Assembly: GCA_035504095.1 (NCBI GenBank)
Contig: DATJSN010000045.1
Span: 591 to 64,590 of the forward strand
Direction of reading: 5' to 3'
DNA: 64,000 nt
DNA from: Phycisphaerae bacterium
GTDB lineage: Bacteria > Planctomycetota > Phycisphaerae > WQYP01
Below, piece by piece: positions 18,715 to 27,049 of the stretch. Within the stretch, counting starts at the first letter, position 1; every line of letters starts with the position of its first letter. A model generated the notes under the pieces. That model saw only the letters and a program-made list of their open reading frames with translations. It was not told the DNA's origin and did no database searches. A program made the position numbers and the translations under genes.

Positions 18715-20184
18715 TTATTGAGCGGACAAGTAAGCATAAAATTTTTGAGCGTCCTCATTTCCGAGATGCGCGGCTCTTGCGGTCCAGGCAACCGCCTTGT
18801 TAATGTCTTTATTCACACCATAACCATAATAGTAGCAATAACCGATGTTATACATAGCCTCTGTATTTCCGGCAGCAGCAGCATTTTGAAACCAATACAG
18901 AGCCTGTTTGTAATCTTGGGCCAAGCCACGGCCGGTGGCATACATCAAACCGATGTTGTTCATAGCATTAGGATTTCCACATGTCGCAGCCTTTTGAAAC
19001 CAGTCCATTGCCTGCTGATAATTCTGAGCTGCACCTTCGCCGTATTCGTAATCAACACCGATATTGAACATAGCCACAGGTTCACCTAAAGCTGCGGCCT
19101 TTTGATACCATACAAAAGCTTGTTGGTAATCTTGATGGACGCCATGACCTTGATCATATGCCACACCGATATTGTACATCGCATCAGAATTCCCCAGTGC
19201 CGCAGCCTTTTGATACCATGCAAAAGCTTGCTGATAATTTTGAATTACACCCTCGCCATTGGTGTAAAGAATACCAACGTTATACATGGCTTTAGCATTC
19301 CCTAACGCTGCGGCCTTTTGATACCATGCAAAAGCCTGTTTGTAATCCTTGTGGAGTCCCAACCCATCAAAGAATAAAGAGCCAATTCCATCCATAGCAT
19401 CGGCATTACCAAGTTTTGCGGACTTTTGTAACCAAATCATGGCCTGTCCATAATCCCGCTGTATTCCATCACCACTTTCATAAAGCTCAGCAATGTTTTG
19501 CATTGCCAAGGATGATCCACCATCAGCAGCCTTTTCCCACCAGAAAAGAGCTTGATGGGGATCTTTGGGAACGCCATGCCCCTGTTTATAGAGATTACCA
19601 AGGGCGAACATTGCCAATACGTTGCCTCCATCAGCGGCTTTTTTATACCACTGCATTGCTTGTCTAAAATCCTGCATTACGCCCAAACCCTGATCATAAT
19701 GCTGACCGAGGTTATACATCGCGTCGACAACTCCCGCAGCGGCAGCCGACTGCCACCAATCAATCGCTTTGGAGCGATTTTGAGCGATGCCCAAGCCCTG
19801 GTCATAAAGCTGTCCAATATTAAACATCGCCTCGCCATCGCCGCCGATGGCGGCTTTCTGGAACCAAATCATTGCTTGCGAATAATCCTGAGCTACGCCA
19901 TAGCCATTCTTGTAAAGATCACCAATGTTGTTCATGGCATCAAAATTACCTGCTGCCGCCGCCTTTTGAAAATACATCATTGCCTGTTGGTAATTTTTCT
20001 GTTCGAAAGCTTGCCCACCAATCTGGTAATCGGCATCATCGGGTGCCGTCGATTCAGTGGTTGTCGGCACAGCCGCAGCATTTGTTGCGGCTGCGCTGAA
20101 AAAGTAGTAGGTGGAAAGTAGAAAATAGAGTATTATCATTAATGCAAACAATTTAAATAGAATTTGGAAACGTTTCATCTGCAT
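18715..20184 (-). CDS. Sel1-like (TPR-family) repeat protein with signal peptide. The start is trimmed to the ATG at 20184 (MQMKRFQILFKLF...) to avoid overlap with trpS.
   Basis: More than 12 tandem ~36-aa Sel1 units (AMYNLGxxYxxGxGVxQDYxQAxxWYQKAAxxGN). Confidence 0.85.
   Translation of the reverse strand: MQMKRFQILFKLFALMIILYFLLSTYYFFSAAATNAAAVPTTTESTAPDDADYQIGGQAFEQKNYQQAMMYFQKAAAAGNFDAMNNIGDLYKNGYGVAQDYSQAMIWFQKAAIGGDGEAMFNIGQLYDQGLGIAQNRSKAIDWWQSAAAAGVVDAMYNLGQHYDQGLGVMQDFRQAMQWYKKAADGGNVLAMFALGNLYKQGHGVPKDPHQALFWWEKAADGGSSLAMQNIAELYESGDGIQRDYGQAMIWLQKSAKLGNADAMDGIGSLFFDGLGLHKDYKQAFAWYQKAAALGNAKAMYNVGILYTNGEGVIQNYQQAFAWYQKAAALGNSDAMYNIGVAYDQGHGVHQDYQQAFVWYQKAAALGEPVAMFNIGVDYEYGEGAAQNYQQAMDWFQKAATCGNPNAMNNIGLMYATGRGLAQDYKQALYWFQNAAAAGNTEAMYNIGYCYYYGYGVNKDINKAVAWTARAAHLGNEDAQKFYAYLSAQ
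18760..20000 (-). repeat. Intragenic tandem ~108 bp DNA repeats encoding the Sel1 units
   Basis: Periodic recurrence of TGGTATCAAAAGGCTGCGGCA-like and CCATGCAAAAGC-like blocks through the gene. Confidence 0.7.
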
Positions 20185-20282
20185 ATTCAAACTCAATATT
20201 ATAGATTCCAACTTTGTTACATCACGCCTGATCCATGCCATGATATCTGCTGAATCCCTGAATTCCGTTGTTGTAAACCGCT

Positions 20283-21392
20283 TCAATCGGAGAAAATGAT
20301 TTTGCGCGGAACAAAATTCTGTTTCATCGCCTTTTTGGCTGCCAACAATGTTTCTTCCGCGATGGCGTTGGCTCTGGCCGTTCCTTCGCACAGCACCTTT
20401 AATACATGCCCCTGGTCTTTTTCGTATTCTTCACGCCGTTTGCGCATTGGCTCAATCAAAGCTATAAGCACTTCGACAAGTTTTTTCTTACAGTCCACGT
20501 CTCCGATGCCTCCGGCGCGATATTTTTCTTCCGCCTGATGTACCCATTCTTTATCCGGATTGAACGTTTCATGAAATATCCAAAGCGGGTTATTTTCCAC
20601 CGTACCCGGATCGGTCGCGCGCTTTCGATTCGGATCGGTATATATCGCCATCACTTTTTTCCGCACCGTATCCGAATTGTCGCTTAGATAGATGGCGTTG
20701 TTGAGCGATTTACTCATTTTTAATAATTGCCCCTCGGCATTTGGCGGGCCAATGCCCACCAGCCGTTTTACCCGGCCCAGCAGCGGTTCAATAATTGGAA
20801 ATAATCCCCCTGCCGCTACATTATCCTCATCCGGCGTTTGCGGATTTACGCCGCAATACATCTGGTTGAAACGCCTCGCCACTTCGCGTGTTAATTCCAG
20901 ATGGGCAAGCTGATCTTCGCCCACCGGTACAAGTTTCGGACGAAACGCCAGAATATCCGCGATCTGCCCCACCGGATAAAGCAGGAATCCGAAACTGTAA
21001 TTATCGCCCAGGCCTTTATCGCGAATTTCATCCTTGAGTGTAGGATTGCGCATCAGACGGCCGAAGGGGACCAACATGCTCAGGAAAAATGTCAGTTCCG
21101 CAATCGCCGGCACTTCTGACTGGACAAATATGGTACTTCGTTTTGGATCGATGCCCGCAGCAAGATAGTCCATGGTAATTTCGATGACGTTCTGCCGGAT
21201 TTGGCCCGGTTGATCCGCCTGCGTGGTGAAAGCATGTGCATTGGCGATGATAAAGTAACACTCGTACTGGTCCTGCAATTTGACCCGATTTTCCAGTGAA
21301 CCGACCCAGTGTCCCAGATGCAGTTTTCCCGTAGGCGTATCGCCCGTTAGGATTCTGGGTCGGATATTTTGACTCGATGGCCGCTGATCCAT
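20283..21392 (-). CDS. trpS: Tryptophan--tRNA ligase (long form)
   Basis: Class I motifs: HIGH-like TGDTPTGKLHLGHW and KMSKS (KMSKSLNNAIYL). Confidence 0.9.
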   Translation of the reverse strand: MDQRPSSQNIRPRILTGDTPTGKLHLGHWVGSLENRVKLQDQYECYFIIANAHAFTTQADQPGQIRQNVIEITMDYLAAGIDPKRSTIFVQSEVPAIAELTFFLSMLVPFGRLMRNPTLKDEIRDKGLGDNYSFGFLLYPVGQIADILAFRPKLVPVGEDQLAHLELTREVARRFNQMYCGVNPQTPDEDNVAAGGLFPIIEPLLGRVKRLVGIGPPNAEGQLLKMSKSLNNAIYLSDNSDTVRKKVMAIYTDPNRKRATDPGTVENNPLWIFHETFNPDKEWVHQAEEKYRAGGIGDVDCKKKLVEVLIALIEPMRKRREEYEKDQGHVLKVLCEGTARANAIAEETLLAAKKAMKQNFVPRKIIFSD

Positions 21393-21534
21393 TCACCGCA
21401 CTCCATATCAATGCGAATGCATTATCCTATCGCTAAAAAACTTGTAAACCCATTTAACCAGTTAACTTGGAATTCTTCGAAATATTTGAACCCGTCTGGA
21501 TTCTCACAGCGGTCTGCGTTATTCTATCCGGCGT

Positions 21535-21593
21535 GTAAGAGCCTCTAACCAAATTTGATGCGGATTCAGGCTCATTTTGGTTAGATGCTCTCA
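21535..21593. repeat. Mini inverted-repeat hairpin element sharing its arms with the terminal inverted repeats of the 59477-59762 element
   Basis: GTAAGAGCCTCTAACCAAAT ...(20 nt)... ATTTTGGTTAGATGCTCT: about 17 bp arms with one mismatch, lying between trpS (5' leader on the minus strand) and ptsI. Confidence 0.6.
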
Positions 21594-21702
21594 ATCATCC
21601 AGGCCCTGCCGTTCCGGCCGGATATCGGTTTTTTCGGTTCAAGCTCCGGGCCCCCCTGCCGACATTGCTCCGCGGCGGGCCTCGCAGCCGGTGAATTTGC
21701 AA

Positions 21703-23460
21703 ATGGAAATTAAAAAAGGCATCGGTGTTTCCTCAGGGGTCACGGTAGCTCCCGCCTTGGTTCTTAGCGATGACGAACTTCGCATCGGACGTCGCTCGAT
21801 TACTGAATCTGAAATTCCCGCCGAACGCAAACGCCTTCTCGCCGCCATCACCGCCGGCAGCGATGATATTCGCGATCTGCGGGACAGTACCTCGCGAAAC
21901 CTGGGCAAAGAAACCGGCGCCATCTTCGATTTTCACCTGGGTCTGCTTAACGACACTCAGCTTATGCACACCATTACCCAGGGTATTGAACAGAGTCATT
22001 TCACCGCCGAGTTTGCCGTCCATCGTGCCTTGCGCGACTATGGCAAAAACTTTCTGGAACATCCGGATGCCTATTTTCGTGAGCGTATCAAGGATATATA
22101 CGACATCGAAAAACGTCTTCTGCAAAAGCTCATGGGACGGGAAAAAATCCGGCTCAGCGACGTCACCGGACCGGTGGTGATTATCGCCCGCGATCTGACC
22201 CCCTCACAAACCGCCTCGCTAAACAAGGATCTGGTTAAGGGAATCGCCATTGAGGCCGGTGGACAGACCAGCCACACCGCGATCATCGCCAATTCCATGG
22301 GAATTCCCGCCGTCGTGGGCTTGGAAAACATGGCCCATGAAATTACCTCCGGCGACATGCTGATCATCAACGGCTACAGCGGTTTGGTGATCATTGATCC
22401 TGATGAGGCCACCATCGCTGAACACAAGTTGTACGAAAAACGCCAGATTAAGTATGAAACTTCGCTCAATTCCATGCGTGATTTGCCCGCGCGTACCAAG
22501 AACGGCGTGGAAATTGAACTTATGGGCAATATCGAATTCCCGCATGAAGTCGACAACGCCCTGGACAAGGGCGCCATAGGAATCGGGCTATATCGAACTG
22601 AATTTCTCTATCTGGCCAGCGACCGTGAACCGACGGAAAGTGATCATTACGCCGCCTATGCCGAAGTTGCCCGTAGATTAGCGGGAAAACCCGTCGTTAT
22701 TCGCACTCTGGATCTCGGCGCGGATAAATACTCACCATTTCAGGATCAAATTCAGGAAGCCAACCCATTTCTCGGTTGCCGTTCTATTCGCCTGTGCCTG
22801 GCTAACATTCGCATGTTCAAAACTCAATTGCGTGCGATCTTGCGCGCCAGCGTACTGGGTGATGTTCGGATGATGTTTCCGATGATTACCACGCCCATGG
22901 AGCTTCGTCAGGCCAAAATGGTCCTTAAAGACACCATGGAAGAGCTCGAAGAAGAAGGCATCCAATACAACCGGCACATGAAAACGGGCATGATGGTTGA
23001 AGTTCCATCTACCGCCATGGTTCCGCAATTGTTCGTGCGCGAGTGCGATTTTCTATCCATCGGCACCAACGACCTGATCCAATATACGCTCGCTGTTGAT
23101 CGTGGAAATCAACGGGTCGCACCGCTTTACAGTGCCGCCAACCCCGCCGTGATTAAATTGATCCAGAATGTCGCTCGCTCGGGAAAACGAGCTGATCGCA
23201 GCGTTTCCCTGTGCGGAGAAATGGGCGGCGATCCCGAATTCACCATTTTGCTGGTGGGTCTGGGTCTGCGCACGCTTTCCATTGCGCCGCACAATATTCC
23301 CCAGGTGAAAAAAGTGATCCGCAGTATTCATACCGACCACGCGGAAAACATCGCGCGTCGCGTCATGAGCTTTGAAAATTCTCAACAAATTATGAATTTT
23401 CTGCGCGAAGAAACTCGCAAGGTCCTTCCTGACATCTTTCGCGAAGATCCTGGACATTAA
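21703..23460 (+). CDS. ptsI: Phosphoenolpyruvate--protein phosphotransferase (PTS Enzyme I). The start is placed at the ATG at 21703 (MEIKKGIGVSSG); the track ORF starts at 21577.
   Basis: GGQTSHTAIIANSMGIPAVVG phospho-histidine region and the C-terminal PEP-utilising TIM-barrel motifs (RTEFLY, NDLIQY). Confidence 0.9.
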   Translation: MEIKKGIGVSSGVTVAPALVLSDDELRIGRRSITESEIPAERKRLLAAITAGSDDIRDLRDSTSRNLGKETGAIFDFHLGLLNDTQLMHTITQGIEQSHFTAEFAVHRALRDYGKNFLEHPDAYFRERIKDIYDIEKRLLQKLMGREKIRLSDVTGPVVIIARDLTPSQTASLNKDLVKGIAIEAGGQTSHTAIIANSMGIPAVVGLENMAHEITSGDMLIINGYSGLVIIDPDEATIAEHKLYEKRQIKYETSLNSMRDLPARTKNGVEIELMGNIEFPHEVDNALDKGAIGIGLYRTEFLYLASDREPTESDHYAAYAEVARRLAGKPVVIRTLDLGADKYSPFQDQIQEANPFLGCRSIRLCLANIRMFKTQLRAILRASVLGDVRMMFPMITTPMELRQAKMVLKDTMEELEEEGIQYNRHMKTGMMVEVPSTAMVPQLFVRECDFLSIGTNDLIQYTLAVDRGNQRVAPLYSAANPAVIKLIQNVARSGKRADRSVSLCGEMGGDPEFTILLVGLGLRTLSIAPHNIPQVKKVIRSIHTDHAENIARRVMSFENSQQIMNFLREETRKVLPDIFREDPGH

Positions 23461-23509
23461 CGAAACGCTTTTTTTGCCAGAGACTCTCTATTTCGTTTAA
23501 GATTGCTCT

Positions 23510-23788
23510 AGAATCTATCTCAAACCATAGCGAGAGCCGCGTTTGGCATCAAAGTGGTCAGATGCAAGGAAGAGCGACGAGGTTATATTCGAAAGATAAT
23601 ATGGTGAGGAGTGTTGACGCCGCAGATGGCCGCTTGGAGGCCAAACCCTTCGGGACGAGGCTGCCTGACCCCGAATCCGGCGTCGCACCTTCTCGCTGTA
23701 TTGTATTTTAATACTCGCTCGTCGATGCTCCTTGGCTCGGAGCCAGGCAGCCGACGTCGCGGCCTCGATATGTTTTGAGATAGATTCT
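23510..23788. repeat. Copy A of a ~280 bp structured inverted-repeat element (candidate ncRNA or MITE-like), bounded by 15 bp terminal inverted repeats AGAATCTATCTCAAA / TTTGAGATAGATTCT.
   Basis: The core aligns with 59500-59740 in shared blocks: GAGCCGCGTT(T/G)GGC, CAGATGCAAGG, CGCCGCAGATGG, CCCTTCGGGACG, GGCGTCGC, CTCGCTGTATTGTATT(T/C)TAATAC, TCGTCGA(T/A)GCTCCTTG, CAGC(C)GTCGCGGCC. A sub-hairpin shows compensatory changes (ATATT-cgaaagat-AATAT versus GTATC-cgaaggat-GATAC). It ends 2 nt before the ATG at 23790. Confidence 0.7.
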
Positions 23789-23789
23789 T

Positions 23790-24314
23790 ATGCCCAAAGA
23801 AACACTGTCTCCCCGAATACGGCACATTTTGCTTTTGAGTACAATGATTGTCCTCGGGTTGCTGGCTTTAGTATTTGCCGACTTGGTAATGCACTGGCGC
23901 GCGAAAGTTGACCGGATAGCATTTACGCCGCCTAGTCACGACTTTGTTCCCACCCAATCCAGTGTACTACTACTTAACGGCCGGTCACGATTAATCGACC
24001 GCTTCAGTATTTCATTAAATGGCGGCTTCTCTAATGATCCGCAGTCCTTAATTAATGAACTTTTTGGCCAGGTTCTTTCCGATGTATCGAGCGACCTTAA
24101 CAAGACTGGATCCCCGGAAGTTTCCTTATCGAATAACGGTCCATTTTATACTTATAAAGCTTTTTGGCCCAATAATCAGGGCTTCCTTTTCATGAACTTT
24201 TTGGTCAGTTCTGGTGAGCTTGAGGCCATCAGTTATTTTGGAATGGGCGAGAGTTTTCCACAGGACGATCAGTATTTTCAGGCGCTGTCTGTTAAAATAT
24301 TCTCCGGAGACTAA
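23790..24314 (+). CDS. Hypothetical membrane protein
   Basis: 174 aa with an N-terminal TM (ILLLSTMIVLGLLALVFADLVM). The start codon abuts the right terminal inverted repeat of element A. Confidence 0.6.
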   Translation: MPKETLSPRIRHILLLSTMIVLGLLALVFADLVMHWRAKVDRIAFTPPSHDFVPTQSSVLLLNGRSRLIDRFSISLNGGFSNDPQSLINELFGQVLSDVSSDLNKTGSPEVSLSNNGPFYTYKAFWPNNQGFLFMNFLVSSGELEAISYFGMGESFPQDDQYFQALSVKIFSGD

Positions 24315-24334
24315 AAAGCCGCAATTCGGCGGCG

Positions 24335-26020
24335 TTGTCCCTGGTGGAAATGAGGAAAATAAATTTGTTGGTTCATAACCGTATGAAAATCTCCGCTTTT
24401 ATTCTAACTTTTGTTGTCATCATTGCGTCGGCGTTCAACGATTCTGTAATGCTTTCTGCCCAGAATCAATCGTCGCTTCAAAGTCAACAGAATCCAGCCA
24501 GTCAGCCTGCTTTTGCATCACCTGATCAGGCCGGTGGACTTCCTCAGGCACTTTTGGCCGGTCCGCCAACTCTTGGTCCTATCTGGCGCGATGAGGAAGA
24601 TGGCTTTCAGATTCGTCCGCCAGACGGCTGCATTGGTTACTATAAATCTCTGGCGGATTTGGCGCATTTCGAAAATCCCACACTCAAGTGGGACATCATC
24701 ATTCACCTTAGCAAACTCGCCCAACCCGCTGACGTTGATCCGCTGATGCAGGAAGTACTTGCAGAAGTTCGTCATCAGTTTCGGAACGTTGTTGTTTTGC
24801 AACAGAATCGACTGTATGTGTCGGGCCGGCGCGCCGGTTTGTTGGTGTTGCGGCTTGAATCCATAATCAATAAAACCCCCGTCGATTTAATATGGCAGCA
24901 GGTTTTTATCCAGGAAAACCCCACCACTTATTTCGTTTTAACATTTTCCTGTCCGCCGGATCAGGAAGCGGACGCGCGCGACATATTCACCCGCATGATC
25001 GGCAGTTTTCAGTTATTGGATGTTAAAAAAATGACTCAGGAGCGTGTGGCCGCGATACAAACAGGTCGCACATGGCTTCCCAAACAAACCGCGGAAAGTC
25101 TGCTCCCCAGCATGGATGCCCAGCCGCAATTATTTCGCATTGTTATCCATGGTCAGGATGCCGGTTATGTTCAATTGTCCGACTACCCCGGCGAAAAGGA
25201 TGGCTTCAAAGGCATCTTTTGCGATTTGAATAGTCGCACTTTTTTACCCGACGGTTCCATGCTATTTTCAGAATCCAACTGGTTTTGGGCTTTTGCCCAA
25301 CAACCGGGCAAAACGGGCGCCGCCGCGAATTATTCTTCCTGGATTAAAATTCTTCAGCATTTAACTCCTATCAATAATCCACGGATCGTAGCGCTTCGGC
25401 AGGAACGCCAGGTTGAAGTTGACCCGCTGACCAGGACTTTTAAAACCATTCATATAGACATTCCCTATCCAAATATGATTGTGCACTGGCAAACTGAATT
25501 GGGCATACAGCAGTCGGGGTATTTTCCTTTACTGGACAAAAACGGCAACGTCACCGATGCCTATCAATTTCAATGTCGTATTCACGTCGAGCGCGACTAC
25601 GATCTGGGCTGGCTGGAAATGCATCCCACTGCCTCCGAATCGAATGGCCCTTATGATTATACCTTTGGTTCGGACATGGCCCCCGCATTGCCCCCAGCCC
25701 TTGAATTTCTTTGGCCCCGATTGGTAAATTTAAACACACCTTCAGAAATGGCGTTTCTGGTTTTTGACTCCGACCGAAGCGTCCCCAATTTGCGCGTCCT
25801 GAAAGTTCTTGGTCCTGAAAAAATTACCATTGGTTCTCAGCAGGTTCAGGCGTATCATTTAAGCGAAGAACTTGATCCTTCTGTCTGTGATTTATGGGTG
25901 GATGCAAGCGGACATCTGTTAAAATATCAAGCAGCTGATGACAGTGTCTGGCTCCCCACAACACAGGATCAAATGAGCGCTCTTTGGGCCAGACAGCTGG
26001 CGGAGATAAACGAAAAATGA
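24335..26020 (+). CDS. Hypothetical secreted protein. The likely start is the ATG at 24383 (MKISAFILTF...).
   Basis: 561 aa with a signal peptide, a Q/S-rich linker and no recognisable domains. Confidence 0.7.
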   Translation: MSLVEMRKINLLVHNRMKISAFILTFVVIIASAFNDSVMLSAQNQSSLQSQQNPASQPAFASPDQAGGLPQALLAGPPTLGPIWRDEEDGFQIRPPDGCIGYYKSLADLAHFENPTLKWDIIIHLSKLAQPADVDPLMQEVLAEVRHQFRNVVVLQQNRLYVSGRRAGLLVLRLESIINKTPVDLIWQQVFIQENPTTYFVLTFSCPPDQEADARDIFTRMIGSFQLLDVKKMTQERVAAIQTGRTWLPKQTAESLLPSMDAQPQLFRIVIHGQDAGYVQLSDYPGEKDGFKGIFCDLNSRTFLPDGSMLFSESNWFWAFAQQPGKTGAAANYSSWIKILQHLTPINNPRIVALRQERQVEVDPLTRTFKTIHIDIPYPNMIVHWQTELGIQQSGYFPLLDKNGNVTDAYQFQCRIHVERDYDLGWLEMHPTASESNGPYDYTFGSDMAPALPPALEFLWPRLVNLNTPSEMAFLVFDSDRSVPNLRVLKVLGPEKITIGSQQVQAYHLSEELDPSVCDLWVDASGHLLKYQAADDSVWLPTTQDQMSALWARQLAEINEK

Positions 26021-26054
26021 ACTTTCAGGTTACGCTCACTTATTTCAGGAATGT

Positions 26055-26819
26055 ATGAAAAATTTTCTTAAAACGATTGTATGGCTGGTCGTAGTTGCAA
26101 CACTTGTTGCCGGCGGTGTCTCCCTCGTTCAGGTGTACGTGACCCGTCATTCCCTCCAGGTACAGCTTGAAAAACAACGCAAAGAATTTGAAGACATCAT
26201 TGACCGGCTTACCGGTCGTACGCGCCGCGCTCAACTCGTGGTGGACAGTCAGGTCGTCGATGGCTCCAGTCAGGTGGAAAGCACCACTCTGCTCTGGCAG
26301 GAATATACCGTCGGCCCGCAGGGTGAGCCGGAGGCCATGCCCATACAAAAATTCACTATCCCTGGCGATACGCCGCATATCGATGCATTGACCATTAAAT
26401 TCCAGGATAGTTACGTGGAAGAGGGCGACCTGCTGAAAGGAAAAACCCTGGTTTTTTTCCGCCGCATCTATGGCGATTCGCAAGCCCCTGATCAGGGCGC
26501 ATCGCTGCTTGGTCCGGACAATGTCCCCTTGGTCCTGTTGGGTAATGACGGTCAACCGCCGAATCATTTTCTAACAGAAATGTGGAACAACATCTGGCAA
26601 TTGATTGATAATCAGAAATTTGCTGAAAGCCAAGGCGTTGATGTTGCTGAGGGATCCGTAGCATACAAACAAGTTGTACCGGGTAAGCTGTATTCGATTT
26701 TTGCTCCCAACGACGGCAGTGGATTGGATTTTGTGGAGGAGATCGGGGAATCGGATCTGGTACAGGCGATGCTCAAGCAGGCCGACGAATCAGAATCCCA
26801 GACGCCATCGACTCCATAA
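26055..26819 (+). CDS. Hypothetical membrane-anchored protein
   Basis: 254 aa with an N-terminal TM (TIVWLVVVATLVAGGVSLV) and an acidic C-terminus. The antisense ORF 26040..26567 is rejected. Confidence 0.65.
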   Translation: MKNFLKTIVWLVVVATLVAGGVSLVQVYVTRHSLQVQLEKQRKEFEDIIDRLTGRTRRAQLVVDSQVVDGSSQVESTTLLWQEYTVGPQGEPEAMPIQKFTIPGDTPHIDALTIKFQDSYVEEGDLLKGKTLVFFRRIYGDSQAPDQGASLLGPDNVPLVLLGNDGQPPNHFLTEMWNNIWQLIDNQKFAESQGVDVAEGSVAYKQVVPGKLYSIFAPNDGSGLDFVEEIGESDLVQAMLKQADESESQTPSTP

Positions 26820-27049
26820 GGTCATTTGTAAGTATTAATTGTGAGTTCTCAAAGATGATTTAAGGAATGTCGCTTGACACAGTACTCTTGTATCGTACGG
26901 TCAACACACTACAATCAGATTTGACGCGACATTGCGTCCAATCCGCAGCGCGGGCGATCTATTTTCAGCTTGCGGCTCGAAGCAAACCGCATGCAGTGGC
27001 GACACAGCGGATGTTTTCTGTCATTTATTGTTAGTTGGGTAGCTCCAAT

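Noticed and set aside
18760-20000. Possibility that the periodic repeats are a CRISPR array
   Set aside because: The repeats are about 108 bp, in frame, and encode Sel1 units. There are no short direct repeats with unique spacers and no cas genes.
19552-20121. A 189-aa plus-strand ORF and several others inside the Sel1 gene
   Set aside because: Antisense reading of a repetitive gene; the repeats create long spurious ORFs.
23583-23825. The 80-aa ORF (minus strand) inside element A and the 76-aa ORF (59487..59717, minus strand) inside element B share peptide blocks (YNTARR.DA, RPEG.G).
   Set aside because: The similarity follows from the conserved nucleotide core. Differences between the copies are not biased towards synonymous sites. 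Both ORFs run across long perfect inverted repeats, and no RBS or plausible start context is present. I treat them as non-coding.
26040-26567. A 175-aa minus-strand ORF overlapping the start of 26055..26819
   Set aside because: The plus-strand ORF has a clean N-terminal TM anchor and continues the operon direction. The minus ORF has no features.
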